In this document: piece after piece, positions 13,037 to 26,427 of the stretch
Layout: each line of letters begins with the position of its first letter
Position numbering within the stretch: the stretch's first letter is position 1
DNA from: Octopus vulgaris
Taxonomy: Eukaryota
DNA: 64,000 nt
Assembly: GCA_951406725.2 (NCBI GenBank)
Contig: OX597817.1
Location: 92,566,001-92,630,000, forward strand
Direction: 5' to 3'
Made by a program: the position numbers and the translations under genes
The notes under the pieces: model-generated
Told to the model about the DNA's origin: nothing
Databases searched by the model: none
Seen by the model: the letters and a program-made list of their open reading frames with translations, nothing else

Positions 13037-13463
13037 TTACTCTTTACTCTTTTACTCGTTTCAGTCACGTGACTGTGGCCATGCTGGAGCACCGCCTTTA
13101 GCCGAGCAAATCGACCCCAGGACTTATTCTTTGTAAGCCTAGTACTTATTCTATCGGTCTCTTTTGCCGAACCGCTAAGTAACGGGGACGTAAACACACA
13201 AGCATCGGTTGTCAAGTGATGTTGGTTGGGGGCACAAACACAGACACACAAACATACACACACACACACATATATATATTTATATATATATACATATATA
13301 CGACGGGCTTCTTTCAGTTTCCGTCTGCCAAATCCACTCACAAGGCTTTGGTCAGCCCGAGGCTACAGTAGAAGACACTTGCTCAAGGTGTCACGTAGTG
13401 GGACTGAACCCGGAACTATGTTGTTCGTAAGCAAGCTACTTACCACACAGCCACTCCTACGTC
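13037..13463 (-). mobile_element. SINE family A, full length, inserted in the PLE
   Basis: Reverse complement of 10849-11248 at high identity. Confidence 0.88.
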
Positions 13464-14489
13464 TATTTTGTGCATAATACTTTAACTTCTGGTTATACCC
13501 AGCTTTGCTGAGTGCCATATTATAATAGTCAGCGTTTTTGTTAAAAATATCCTTGTTTGATGATAAATTAGATATTCTTCTAGATATATTGTAAACTAAG
13601 AATTTTTTTTACAGAACTGGAATGATTACTTCCAATATTTATATATTTAAGATTGGAGTTAGGCTTGTGGTATGATTCATAGTTGTCCGTAATGAGGTCT
13701 AGGTTAACAACTAGGAAGTGAACTGACTCATGTTCATTTTCAATTGTTATGGAGAGCCCAAAATCTTTTTAAAATCTATAAAACATCTTCTTGTACAGTT
13801 CTAATTGTCCACTAGATAGATTTCTAATGGCAAAAATGGCATCATCCCAATATAAACCCCAAGAAAGTTCAGGAAAATCTCTTCCTAAGATAAATAAAAT
13901 ATAAGTACCTACTAAATCAGTGACTTGAACAGAATGTACAGAGCCCATAGCAATCAAAGCCATCGCTACTATCTTTCTTAATCCAATACTGACTTTTAAT
14001 CTCTATAACTGTTCTTCTGGCAGCTAAAATAATGTTAATTTCTTCCATACAATTTCTTCAAATTGTATCTCATGAACAAAAGGGCCTTGTTTAAAACTTT
14101 TTGGTTAATTGAAGAGTAATAACTATCAATATCTATTTGTATAAATTTGTTTCTACTTTTGTATTTAATGCTGTTAAACCAATTTATTACTTCGTGGGTA
14201 TTAGGCCAAAGTTGTAACCTTATTTTTTCCTTAAGGGGCGGTATGTATTTATCTAAAATAGCCTTACTTAGTTCACCAAGGACTGATTTCCCTGGGCAAA
14301 TCAACCTTACTTTTGGGTTTCCATAAAAGTTGTCCTTATGGTCCTTTGAAATAAACTTAGGTCTTTGAAGAACAAAAGGTTCAGTTCTGTCATCCAATTT
14401 GTAATTCTTCATCATCTGTTTGGTAGTACTTAATATACATATTTTTTAGTTATTTTGTCATTTCTTTTTTTAATACTTCATGGTAGTAA

Positions 14490-14703
14490 TTTATTTTCAG
14501 ATTATACAAGAATATACCTGTCTTAGTAAATTTATTTGGGACTTAAAGGACAAGAATAAAATGTTTACTGTGTAGTGGGGGTTAATAAGCAGGTTAATTA
14601 ACTAATTTTGATTTCTCATCTTCTAGTAGCTTTCAACACATTAACATGCACATGCACAAAAATGCAATGTAAATATTACATATACGTAACAATGGTTTTA
14701 AAA

Positions 14704-14786
<83 letters not shown>

Positions 14787-15025
14787 TTATTATTTAACTA
14801 TAATTTCTAGATTGCAACTGGCTGACTTATAATTAAATACTTTAATGACATTTCTATCTATCATAATTAATAGTGTAATTTAGGAATAAAATTGGCAATG
14901 CCTTTTGCTTTCTTTGCATAGAAGAATTATACCAAATCTTAAATTCCAAATATAGACTCCTTATCACAAGGATAGAGGATGAAATATCCTGTGTTCATGC
15001 CTATAAACATGTTTTCAAAAACTAC
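14490..15025 (+). mobile_element. Inverted, rearranged fragments of the same PLE family
   Basis: About 14512-14592 matches the reverse complement of about 11846-11932; 14621-14888 matches 10608-10830; 14893-15021 matches 11706-11826. Confidence 0.75.
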
Positions 15026-15029
15026 TGTA

Positions 15030-16135
15030 TTCACTCTTAATGCAACATAAATACTTCATTGACTTAATATACATGACATCAATCTTTTTTCTACTTCAAT
15101 TATTACATGTTTTTCTCTTATAAAATATACAAATGGCGGTGCCCCAGCATGGCCACAGTTCGTGAGCTGAAACTAGATAAAAAAAAAAAAAAAATTAAAT
15201 AAATATACAGGCGAAGTAAATCTAAATCTGTAGGAGTAGTCTCACCCTGGTTCAGATTTGAAACTGAATCTTTCAATTTTCCTTGGCCATATAGCCTATT
15301 CAAATGTCAAAAGAAACCATGACAAATAGGTGTTCTACTTACCTGTGGCCTTTTCAGTACCATTGCTCAGTCACCTGCATTCCGTAAAGTTATTCTTCTA
15401 TATAATATAGCTATTTTTCTACCTTCATTCATGTTCAAACCGAATCTTTCGATTTTCCTTCTTCAATCATTACATGTTTTTAAAAACCATATTTTTCACA
15501 TGGCCAACTTTATGCAGGAGAATCATGTGTGGTAGCAAAAGCAAATCTTTTTGTTTATGCACCCCGAAATAAAACATAAATCATTGTTTATAAAGAAATA
15601 TTCACTCTTAATGCAACATGAATGCTTCAATAACTTAATTTGTCATTACTATCATTACATTCAAGAATGACTAGATTACCTATTTAAATGAACTGTATTA
15701 TATAATTGCCATTACTGTATTGATATATAGAATAACACATAGAACTCATTTATTATTGTTATATGATAAACAAACAGAAGTTTGAATATAAAATCCATCT
15801 TTTTTCTACTTCAATTATTACATGTTTTTCTCTTATAAAATACACACATACAGGAGGAGTAAACCTAAATCTGTAGTGGTAGTCTCACTCTGGTTCAGAT
15901 TCGAAACTTTATGTAGGAGCATCATGTGTGAGAGCAAAAGCAAATCGTTTTGCTTATGCACCCCAAAATAAAGCAAAAAACATTGTTTACTAAGAAATAT
16001 TCACTCTTAATGCAACATGAATATTTCAATAACTTAATTTGCCATTACTATCGTTACATAGAAGAATGAAATTGATCTTTTTACTCTTTCAATTATTACA
16101 TATATTTCTATTATAAAATTGCACACATACAGAGT
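15030..16135. repeat. Local tandem duplication (three imperfect units of about 400-570 bp)
   Basis: ttcactcttaatgcaacat at 15031, 15601 and 16000; ttcaattattaca blocks at about 15095, 15809 and 16088; other blocks shared by 15209/15852 and 15508/15906. Confidence 0.75.
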
Positions 16136-17089
16136 GAGTATAGCTCCCAAGAAGCAGTAAAAGTAATTACCCAATCAACGACATGTATTACTGCTAGTTT
16201 GTTAATAAAAGGGGGTATTCCACCACCTCCTTTCAAAATAAGATGTGTTTGTTAATGAGATGAGCATTTCAAAAAGTGCAACAAAATACCAATTAGAATT
16301 TTTTAATTTTCCCAATTCTAGTTTTTAACTTTTGAAAGCTCAACTTTTTATTAAACTTTTTTCTGTAAAACAACAATTTTTTAGAAAAATTTAAAGTTTG
16401 AACATTTTGTTGAACCCTTTTCCTGTAAAACAAGAAATTTTTCAACTTAAATTTCTTGTTTTTTAAGATAATATTATACCATTTATTATTTAAATTATTA
16501 TTCAAGTATCATTGCCATCGTTAGCCCAATTTCTGGTTCACTCCAAAACCACATCGAGGTGGTTGTTGGTTTTTATGGGAGAAAGACCACCACTGATTTT
16601 TAATTTTTATTTTGTAAAGTACATAAAGTATATCTGATTATTTGCCCCAGACCACTCCTGAGCCATCGGGCCTAATATCAAAGTTGTTTCACCTTGACCA
16701 GCCATTCCTTATTTCTGATACAGTATGTCTAGAAATACATCATCAAATGCATCTTTTTTTAAGAGACAGTAGGAAATGATTTGAGGGCAATCTGACTGCA
16801 ATTTCTTACAGGTAAAGCAGCCACATTGTCTCATGTAATAACACCTGTACCTCCCTCTGTTCTCACTATTCAGGTTACTCTTGAGCCCAGTGAAAAGGAA
16901 GAAAAGTACTAATCTTATGAATTAATGAAAATTCGGACATAGTGTTAATTAAATTTGATCAGGCGATGATTACTGGAAAGAAGAGACAAGACATAGCCAG
17001 AGAGAAGCCATGATCTGGTGTGGGCAGTTTCACTTGTCTGGTGTTGTGGGGCAGAGAGGAAAAAATTAGAGTAGACAGGAAAGAATAAA

Positions 17090-17410
17090 GCATGTTCAGA
17101 AGATAGAAGAGGAAGTGTAAGAGAAAGAAAGGAAGTAACAGCAGTAGGAGGAGGAAGAGTATAAGAGGGAAACACAAACAAAAAGACAGAGAAAGAGAGA
17201 GAAAGGCAGAGGTAGAGATAGAGAGACAGACACCCAGAGAGATAGATAAAGTGAGAGGTAGACAGAAGGATTGATAGAGAATTGACGGAAAGGAAGGATA
17301 ATCAACTGAAAAGAGAGTAAACAAATATAGAAAACGGACGTTAAACGATGATGATGATGATGATGAAGAGAGGCAGAGGGAAGAGCAAACAGAAGAGACA
17401 GAGGGAAAAC

Positions 17411-17447
<37 letters not shown>

Positions 17448-17830
17448 GAGACAGAAGCAAAGACAGATGGAAAGATAGATATGTAAAGAGGGGATGACTG
17501 ATAGAAAGAAGAGGGGAATAAGTAGGAGAGAGAGTAAACAAACAGAAAGAAGATAAATAAGAGTAAAATAGAGAGAGACAAACAGGCAGAAAGAAAGAGG
17601 AGAGGACTCATAGATAGACAGGAAGATTGAAAGAAAATTGACAGAAAGGGAAGGAGAATATGTTGAAAAGAGAGTAAACAAACATAGAAAGAGGAAGAGT
17701 AGGAGAAAAGCAAACAAAAGAGACTGAGACAGACAGATAGAAAGATAAATATATAAAGTGAGGATGACTGATAGAAAGAGGAGGAGGATAAGCAGGAGAG
17801 TAAACAAACAGAAAGAAGAAGAGTGGGAGA
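17090..17830. repeat. GA-rich degenerate tandem repeat
   Basis: Purine-rich + strand; about 17446-17553 resembles 17725-17820, and gaaaagagagtaaacaaa occurs at about 17308 and 17665. Confidence 0.75.
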
Positions 17831-18139
17831 GGATTAGTAAAAGTAAAAAGAACTGAAATCTGAATATGAAGAGGGTCTTGAGAAAATAATGTTATAAAGA
17901 TTTTATTATTATTATAATTATTATGCTATAAAACTTATTTGAAAATAAAGGTTATAATACAATGAATATTTTAACATACAGTATATGCAATTTTAACTAA
18001 GTTTAAGAAAGTTAATGGAAATTTAAATAATTGAAAAATTGATTTTTCTAATGTGTGGCGAGGTTACGTAATTATAGTCAAGACTCGTTTGAGCTCAACC
18101 CAAAATTTTGTTGGGTCACGTGCTTGACTAATATATTGT

Positions 18140-18403
18140 CTTATTCTTTTACTTATTTCAGTCATTTGACTGTGGACATGCTGGAGCACTGTCTTAAATG
18201 GCTTTAGTTGAAGAAATCGACCCCATATATATATATATATACATACGATGAGCTTCTTTAGTTTCTGCCTACCAAATTCACTCACAAGGCTTTGATTGGC
18301 TTGAGGCCATTGTAGAAGACATGTGCCTAAGGTGACATGAGTGGAACTGAATCCGGAACCATGTGATTGGAAAGCAAGCTTCTAACCATACAACCACACC
18401 TGC
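18140..18403 (-). mobile_element. SINE family A, internally deleted
   Basis: Head and 3' end match family A; the central part is missing. Confidence 0.75.
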
Positions 18404-18514
18404 ATCTATACATAATACATACATAGTACTTGCATACAAACATACATGCAGACATGCATGCATGCATCCATCCATCCATCCATCCATACATACATACATA
18501 CATACATACATACA

Positions 18515-18549
<35 letters not shown>

Positions 18550-18552
<3 letters not shown>

Positions 18553-18858
18553 ACCGTGATCACCGTGACCAACCAGGCTATTAGATGTTGCTACACATTG
18601 CTGGTCACAATGTGCTTTGCATTGTTTTAGCCTTCAAATGACACCACCCCACTGGCTAAGTGAGCAGGCCAACAGAAGAAAGAGTGAGAGAAAGTTGTGG
18701 TGAAAGAGTACAGCAGGGATTGCCACCACCCCTGCCGGAGCCTCGTGGAGCTTTAGGTCTTTTCGCTCAATAAACACTCACAACGCCTGGGCTGGGAATC
18801 AAAACTGCAATTCTACAATCGTGAGTCCGCTGCCCTAACCACTAGGTCATTGCACCTC
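18550..18858 (-). mobile_element. SINE family C (tRNA-derived)
   Basis: Minus-strand head gaggtgcaatgacctagtggttagggcagcggactc...gttttgattccc has A- and B-box remnants followed by a non-tRNA body. Confidence 0.75.
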
Positions 18859-19300
18859 TATATATATATTGTTATATTTTGGGATGATCACTTTCAAAAT
18901 TTTGTTGCAAAATAAACACATGCACTATATATTCATTCCACACTTCAGATTTATTTTATTATTGTTTTTATTTTATGTCCTATGACAGACTGAGCCTCAA
19001 CAGAAAACATGAATGTACCAACAACACCCCCACCACCACACTACTCTACATGACAACTAAAGTAGAATGGGTATAAAATGACAGATACAAACAGTATAAT
19101 ACATACCCCCCCCAAAAAAAAAAGACACATGCACATAGCTAAGATGTAATGGGAAGAAAAAAATGAAAGAATAAAGAAATAAATAAGAAAATAAGTGAAA
19201 AAAGAAGAAAAATGAAGGCCATGGATACAAACAACATAGTAAGCAAATCCATATACACACAAAGCACACATACAAAACACATAGACACACGTACACATAT

Positions 19301-19368
<68 letters not shown>

Positions 19369-19658
19369 ACAGACACAAATACATGTGCAGATAAGGATAT
19401 ACACCATAGAAAGACAAAATGGACTAAACAGAACAGGAGGTGACTAGTAGGATGGAAAGTCACTGAAGAGGTTGCAAGATGTGTGACAAAAAATTTCCAG
19501 ATATAGAACCTAAAATACGGACAATAATAAAATATAGCTGAAGTGAAGAATGCATGTGTTTATTTGGTAAAAAAAAAATGGCCATCCCGAAATATATGAC
19601 AATAACTGTTTCAACACAAGATTTCACATCAGTCATCTTACAAAACAAATACATAAAC

Positions 19659-19700
<42 letters not shown>

Positions 19701-20221
19701 CAAGAGCTAAAACAATGTGAAGAAGTACATTGTGACTGACTAGTGGTGTATAACAACATCCGATAATATGATCAATACCATGATATATATATATATGTGC
19801 ATGTGTATCCATATCTTTCTATCTCTCAATCTATATGTGTGTGAGTGTGTGTGTGTGTGTGTATCTATCTATCTTTCTCTCTGGAAGTTTTGTCCTGTAA
19901 AGTGTCATATTATATCTCTGAGTATGACACATGTCTCTGGGTGTAATATAAGTGTCTCAGTGTGACACATGCTTCTGAGTGTAACCCGTAATGGTATGTG
20001 TCTGCCTTCATCTAAATTAAACATAACCAACTAAAATATTCTAGAAGTGTCACCAGCAATAAACTGGTGCTCTATCCAAGAGGAGATTTATCTCTCATCC
20101 TCTGAAACATCACTGATAACTGACTCCTTGGACCACACACCTGGCTTCAGATGTTTTATTTCTATAAGATAGTGAGAGTAGTAGTGGCTGAGCAGTGCCC
20201 TCGACCTTTGCAGGTTACATA

Positions 20222-20312
20222 CTTTGACTGATGAGACTGAGGTGGTGGTTCTAGCCTAAACATCTACAGGTAGGGGCTTTGTCAAAAGCCTTGAAGTCGA
20301 AAGAGCTCTGCT
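20222..20312 (+). ncRNA. Hammerhead-like motif with canonical core and branched stem II
   Basis: CTGATGA(20228)-GACT...AGTC-GAAA(20299)-G-AG-CTC. Palindromic AGAGCTCT and internal hairpin ggcttt-gtca-aaagcc. Stem I is weak. Confidence 0.5.
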
Positions 20313-21222
20313 AAACTCAAATATCTTGACAGTAGTGGTAGTGGTGAAAATAGTGATGATAATTGTGGTAACTGTAGTGACAGTGTCCATTAAGCCTAGG
20401 TTACTCTTGACTGAACTAACAGATATATAACCATAATTATCCCATCCTTTTCCTAGCCATTATGTATCTTAGAGGATATTATCTAATGAGTCCTTTCTTT
20501 TTAAGATTTTATAGAATAATTTTAAGATTTATCTGCCATTTCTAGCAGCTTTAGTTATCTTGTCGAGGCTCGTTTCTTTTGCACATGATAATATTGTTAT
20601 TGTTTAGCCCCAGGTCAAACTTGATTAGACAGACCTGTGACCAAAAGCATTCCAACATGTCCATTCCATCATTAAGTAATATCTCAGATTTCATTATGTA
20701 ACGTGTCCTTCCATATTTTTTTAAACTGTGAGATGTAATGTGGGGAATATTTGGCCGTTATTATTATAAGGTGGTGAGCTGTCAGAATTGTTAACATACT
20801 GGGCAAAAGCTCAGCAGCATTTCGTCTGTTTGTTACATCCTGAGTTCAAATTCTACTGAGGTTGACTTTGCCTTTTGTCCTTTCAGGATCAATAAATTAA
20901 GTACTAGTGAAACACTGGGGTCGATGTAATCGACTAGTCTCCTTCTCCAAAATTTCAGGCCTTGTGCCTTAAGTAGAAAGGATTATTATATATTTGGCTG
21001 ATCAACTTTTCAGTTGATGGAAAAACTTTTATTTCAAATGAGTTAGAATTTACTTTCAAACAAAGGAATTGCTCTGTTTCCTTGTCATTTTGTCACAGAA
21101 TACCAAATTATCAAAAGTCCTCAACTTTTCATACATGATCATCGCTTGCTTAAAACATTTAATTTTTATTTTTAAGTTCATGTTTATTGTTGATTAAATA
21201 AATTGTTATGCACTTATTTCAG

Positions 21223-21283
21223 ACCATTGAACAGTCCGAAATGTCAGGGACAACAATACAGTTCTGTTGTTTGTACTAGAAAG
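21223..21283 (+). CDS. ADAMTS-family exon B: second half of TSP1 repeat
   Basis: atttcag|A CCA...AAG|gtaaga. Translates (K)PLNSPKCQGQQYSSVVCTRK. Phase 2 to 0, completing the split Lys codon of exon A. Confidence 0.88.
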
Positions 21284-21639
21284 GTAAGAAGAAATAAGAC
21301 AGTATATGTTTCTAAAATAAGCATTCTAAAAATCACCACTTGCCATGTCTAAAGGTAGGGATAGTTCTCATAAGCTTTGCAGGCCCTTTCAGACTACCAA
21401 GTTTGAAGATATTACTGTTTTATTTAAACAGTTATAGGTCAACACCTGTAAAAAAGGAATAAAACTCCAGAAGACCAATATTCTTAGAAAGATCTGAGTA
21501 TAATGGTTAGTGTGGGGCTGGAGTGGATGTAATACAGGAGATGAGAGATATAAAGGTGAGCAGATTGGAAGTGCTTGAGAGGAGTCGGTATAAGACCAAC
21601 CAGCTCCAAGGAACGGTTTCAAAGCACTCTACTCCAGTA

Positions 21640-22620
21640 TCACATACAAACCTCCACACCTTCTGATTAACAGCCAGGGGCTCCAGTCAATTGAGAGGGA
21701 TACCACATAAAATAGGAGACTGAGATAATCATGGAAACGAAGTTTTGAACGTCCATGAGGCCTACTTCCAGCTTCGATCTCACTGTAGATGACCATCTTT
21801 GGGAGACGGTTACCTGGCTTCCAAGTTATATAGCCAATCCAGTGGAGAAGATGACAGAGGATTCAGCCCTCAATGCAGTAGATCCCAGTCTTCAGGAGGA
21901 TTTTGGTATGAGGTATTTTGTCCAGCACTCAGACCCATTCAGGAGGGTGGATACACAAACATCTTGATAATCAGAGATTTTTGTGTTTGCTCTAAGGTTC
22001 TTCTTCTGAAAGACTCATTTGTTGAGTCTCCTGAAAGATGCAGAGTATCTCCTCATGAAAGAGTGCTTCCAAGATGGCAGAATGAGTTCATCTGTGGTAA
22101 AAGAGCATCATCAATAAGGACAGGCTGAGGGTGGGAGATGAGTATGGGAAGGCTGGTTGGAGAACTTCGATTTTATAGTGATTCACTTGAAGACTGAGCC
22201 AAGAATAGGCACTGACCATTGAGTTCATCATATGTTGAAGAAAGGTAGAGATATGAGATGGTGCAGCTGAATCATCAGCATACTGAATCTCAAACACCAT
22301 GGTTATTCATATATGACTTTCAGGTTGCAAGTGTTAAAGATGCGGCTATCATAGCAGTACCTGATATGTATTCTGTCTTCTTTGGTGAAGCGTATCCTGG
22401 AAAGGAGGGTTGCAGTCACCAGATAAATGTTAAATATTTCAGGAACAAGGATCATTCTGGTTTTACCCCCATCTAGACATCAAAGGTTTCTGAGGCTTCA
22501 TTTCCAAGTGTCACTTTTGCTTACATACCACCATGAAACTTCTGGATGATTGAGAGAAGCAGTGAACAGTGATTCCTGCAAATCAACATGGGATCCCTTG
22601 ATGACAATGTAAACTTCTTT
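21640..22620 (-). mobile_element. Old RTE-clade LINE RT fragment
   Basis: VPEIFNIYL; VFEIQYADDSAAPSH...LSLQVNHYKIEVL; yLGSTL remnants. Confidence 0.7.
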
Positions 22621-22954
22621 TCATTAAGGTATCTTTGGCCCAAAGAGTAGCTAGTGGATTACCTCACATTTGGATAATTACTATTTATGAGGTTCTACTA
22701 GCTATGAAACATATGTAGCCTGGATTTTATTTACTCCATCCCCTAATTTTGAGTTTTCATTTACAGACACAACAACCACTGCTGCCAACCATAAATTACA
22801 AAACAATTTCTTCAGTTTATTGAACTTTGATATGGGAAAAATTTACAACCTTCTATGTCAATAACCCACTATTGCTCCTGAAAGTTGTTTCTTTATGCCT
22901 TTTATGAACTGCTCAATGCTTACTAACTTCCTACACTTTGATCCTTGGGTCTTA

Positions 22955-22964
22955 TATATGTGTA

Positions 22965-23042
<78 letters not shown>

Positions 23043-23148
23043 TGTATGTATGTATGTATGTATGTATGTATGTATGTATGTATGTATGTATGTATGTATG
23101 TATGTATGTATGTATGTATGTATGTATGTATGTATGTATGTATGTATG
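22955..23148. repeat. Compound microsatellite (TG)n(TA)n(TATG)n, representative of many
   Basis: Seen directly. Other long tracts at 9540, 10066, 14700, 18480, 19302, 29723, 39430, 44738, 52181, 58642, 60154 and 61208. Confidence 0.95.
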
Positions 23149-23497
23149 CATAGAGAGTTGTTTTATTCTTTTACTTGTTTCAGTCATTTGATTGCTCCAT
23201 GCTGGAGCACTGCATATATATATATTATATCTGTTTTTAAAAATTATTTTTCCTGAAAATGTGCATATGTTGGACAAGTCTCCTGCCATAAAACATTTCA
23301 TCATTTCATCTCAATCTTTTATTATTAACCATTTCACTTTATGCCACCTGTCAGAAATATGGAACCAGATCTATTCATCACTATTTCATCTATATGTCTC
23401 ACTACGGATACATGTCTAGAAAATCTAAACAGTAGGGAAGAAAATCTTTGCATATTTGTGACATGATATTAGACTGTTATTGTCACTTGTGTTACAG

Positions 23498-23624
23498 CCA
23501 TGTTCAAGAAAACAGCCAATGCACAACATAATTCAGAAAGCAATTAATGATTTATGCGGACATTTTGTGAAGACTGGAATTTTGAGTTCCAAATATTATA
23601 GTGAAGGAACATTATATGGTTCTG
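23498..23624 (+). CDS. ADAMTS-family exon C: TSP1 end and start of cysteine-rich domain
   Basis: ttacag|CCA TGT...TCT G|gtaagg. Translates PCSRKQPMHNIIQKAINDLCGHFVKTGILSSKYYSEGTLYGS(D). Phase 0 to 1 exactly bridges exons B and D. Confidence 0.82.
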
Positions 23625-25052
23625 GTAAGGATTATTTTCATTCCCTTTTTGCGTGTTAATTCTTTGAATCACAACTGCAATGGTACAGAGATCGAGTGAG
23701 AGATCTAATGACACAGTAGTAGTCATGGTTGTGGCAGCAGCAGAGATGGGGGCAGTGGTGGTTATTGTTGTTGTTACTGTTTAGTCCAATTGCAACCATC
23801 CTATTTCTTCAGGTGTATCGAACCAATGTGGCCTTTAAAATGGTAAAGTGTGATTTGAGGGAGAATTAGATACTATTTCTAACAGGCAACACAACTACAG
23901 AGAAGCTTCCTTGTTGGTTGTAGTTTCCTCCCACTGTATTTAGAGTTTAATACTACCAAGGATAGCTTTCATTTCCATTCTTTTATGAGTCAATAATATA
24001 AGTATTAGTTATATACGAGAGTTGACTATAGCATTGGGGTTAAGAATTTGGCTTTGAAATTACATGATCTCAAGATAGTTCAACTGCTTGGCGTCATGGG
24101 TGAGTGTTTTCCACTGTAACATCAGGTCACTCAATATATTGCAAGTAAAATTTAGTCCAATGACTTAGTAGTTCAACTCATAGATGATTATAAAATAATG
24201 AGCAGACCGAAAACTAAGTAAGTGGGTATCAATATAAGCAATTAAATTCTTGAAGGCACTGCCCAAATATGGCTGTAGTACAAAGACTGAAATCAATAAA
24301 AGAACAGTTTGCATGCCTTTCCTGTGTGAAGAAATTGTTTTAAGTGAGAAATATCTTATCAACTTAGAATTTAGTAATTGTATACCTCTGTGCACCATGT
24401 GCAATTTCATAAAAATAGTCAAGCCTGATTTAGTTGCATATATTACCCCTCCACCTCCAAGTCTAATTACTGGTTTTGTTTTATTGTTAGAGTCAATTAA
24501 AACCAAGAAATTCCTTTATATTATTTTTTGATATTGGCATAAGGAAAAGTATAGTTTATTGAGTGAACCACCAGTGTATAACTGTTTTTTGTTATATCAA
24601 TCCCAGAGAAGTGAAAATCAAAGTCAAAGTAACCAAGATTTGAACTCATAATATATAATATGTAAATAAATAAAAGTATTAGCTTCATTTTTATTTGCTT
24701 CATCTCTGAGATTCTTTTCTATGGAATTACATTTCAGAAGTCCTAATGCACTTAATTACATCACAAAAGACTGCTACACTTCATTATAGTATGTATGATG
24801 GATGTTACAAACAGTGAAGTTATACACTTGATAGAGTAACAGACAAAATCCCTTCCAGTATTTACTTACAACCCTTTATACTCTGAATTTGAATCCCACT
24901 GGCATTGACTTTGTCTTTCATCTTTTCCAGATCAGTGAAAGAAATTATCAATATCATATTGTTGTTTGATATAATCACTTATATTTCTACCCTGTGAATT
25001 TGAAGCCTTATGTTTATGTTATCTAATATTCTATTTTCTATTTAACAATCAG

Positions 25053-25222
25053 ATAAATTAGCTGTTTGTGAAGTAATTTGTCATTCGAACCCAAGACAAG
25101 AAATTGATCGATTTGCTAGATTTGGCTTGCTTCCTGATGGTACCCCATGTGAGGTTTTTGAATCTTTCCAGGACCCACTGAGATGGAAAAAGAAGGCAAT
25201 ATGTATCAATGGTGCTTGCACT
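25053..25222 (+). CDS. ADAMTS-family exon D: cysteine-rich domain
   Basis: aatcag|AT...ACT|gtaagt. Translates KLAVCEVICHSNPRQ...LLPDGTPCEVFESFQDPLRWKKKAICINGACT, with DGTPC and ICxxGxC motifs. Phase 1 to 0. Confidence 0.92.
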
Positions 25223-26396
25223 GTAAGTTAGAACATTTAATTCTCCTTTAATTGAAATGTGGTAACTGAAACCTAAAGTGCCACTAAACTAAAAGTTTTT
25301 TTACCTTCTGTGTTCTAGATTAAAATCATCGACCAGCTTAGTGTCTTTGAATTGAAGCCAAGTCTTCAGAGCTGAAGAAAGATTTACATATATATATATT
25401 TTTAATTTACTACTCAATAACTTCTAGGCTAAACTAACAATGAGAGCTCTATGCAATCAGTTGACCTACTAGAAATAACAAACAGATCGCTCTTGAATCA
25501 TATCCTACAAAAACACACTAAATATTGTAATTGTAGATACATGATGATATGGGGTAGCCATGGCAGGAATGCTTTAATCAAAGGTGTACTGGATCATCTA
25601 AATAACAACATATTATATTCTTACATTCTCCAAAGAACAATTCTGTCTGAAGCATTGACATAAATTTTTGTATATATTTTTATTAGCCTGATGTTTCTCT
25701 TAAACTAACCTACATTCCTCTTCCCAAATTTCAAATCATTACTAGAGTCCCTGGGTAGAAGAAAATTAGTACCTGGGGAGGAGACAGATGATACTTGGGT
25801 AAGAGACTGATGGTCCTTAGGTAAGGTACTGAAGGTGCTGGTCTTATATTACTCATTCAGCCATTATAAATAAACAAGTTATCAGTAATGAGTTAATTTA
25901 ATCAACTACACTGTCTCCTACAATTCAGTAGTTTATAGTGTTTGGCTTGAGTTCAATTTCTTCTTGAGGAGAAACTGTTGGTGTGCCATGCAATGAATAG
26001 AGGTACAAAACATTTCAGCTCCCCGCAGTTGTAATTATTTACAAGGCTTGAGTGAGACCAACAATGGAGTACCGCTTACAAGGGTAGGTTAGTACCACTG
26101 CGGAACATATGGCTATCTTAGGCTACAACCAGTAAAAAGTCACTGACTGATTGATATCAAGTCACTCACAAATATACTCCAGCCTTTGTCCCACAGACAT
26201 GCTGTCTCTTCACTCTGTCTCTTCTAACACTACCAAAGCAGCTTTTGCTCATTGCAGCTGGCTTGTCTCATTCCACTTCCAATCAAACCATACTGATTCA
26301 CTTGTTACTTCTCTCTAAGTCACATAACACATACACATAGACATCAATAAACACAGACACACATTCACTTCTCTATTATTATTATTATTATTATCC

Positions 26397-26427
<31 letters not shown>

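Larger units (their letters stand above)
10117..14480 (-). mobile_element. Decayed Penelope-like retroelement, Naiad-type (RT followed by GIY-YIG), interrupted by SINEs
   Basis: KDHKDNF...PKVRLICPGKS...LWPNTHEVINWF...IDIDSYYSSI (14035-14415); MGSVHSVQVTDLVG...GLYWDD (13769-13963); CDCKDKNNCLFNNFC...VYRCKV then a YIG region (about 12000-12120). Long AT-rich 3' part with a hammerhead-like motif. Confidence 0.85.

Noticed and set aside
16959-17807. 282-aa hydrophobic Leu/Ser/Phe ORF resembling a membrane protein
   Set aside because: Product of a CT-rich low-complexity strand. All three minus frames are open and there are no domain motifs.
18775-18858. tRNA-like sequences (also 10849 and 35640)
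   Set aside because: They continue into shared repeat bodies and lack a complete cloverleaf, so they are SINE heads rather than tRNA genes.
22858-23304. ORFs of YVCM, IHTY, YI or CV repeats (also about 18300, 19050, 39360, 44700, 52050, 57000, 63620)
   Set aside because: They are translations of (TATG)n, (TA)n and (TG)n microsatellites that lack stops.
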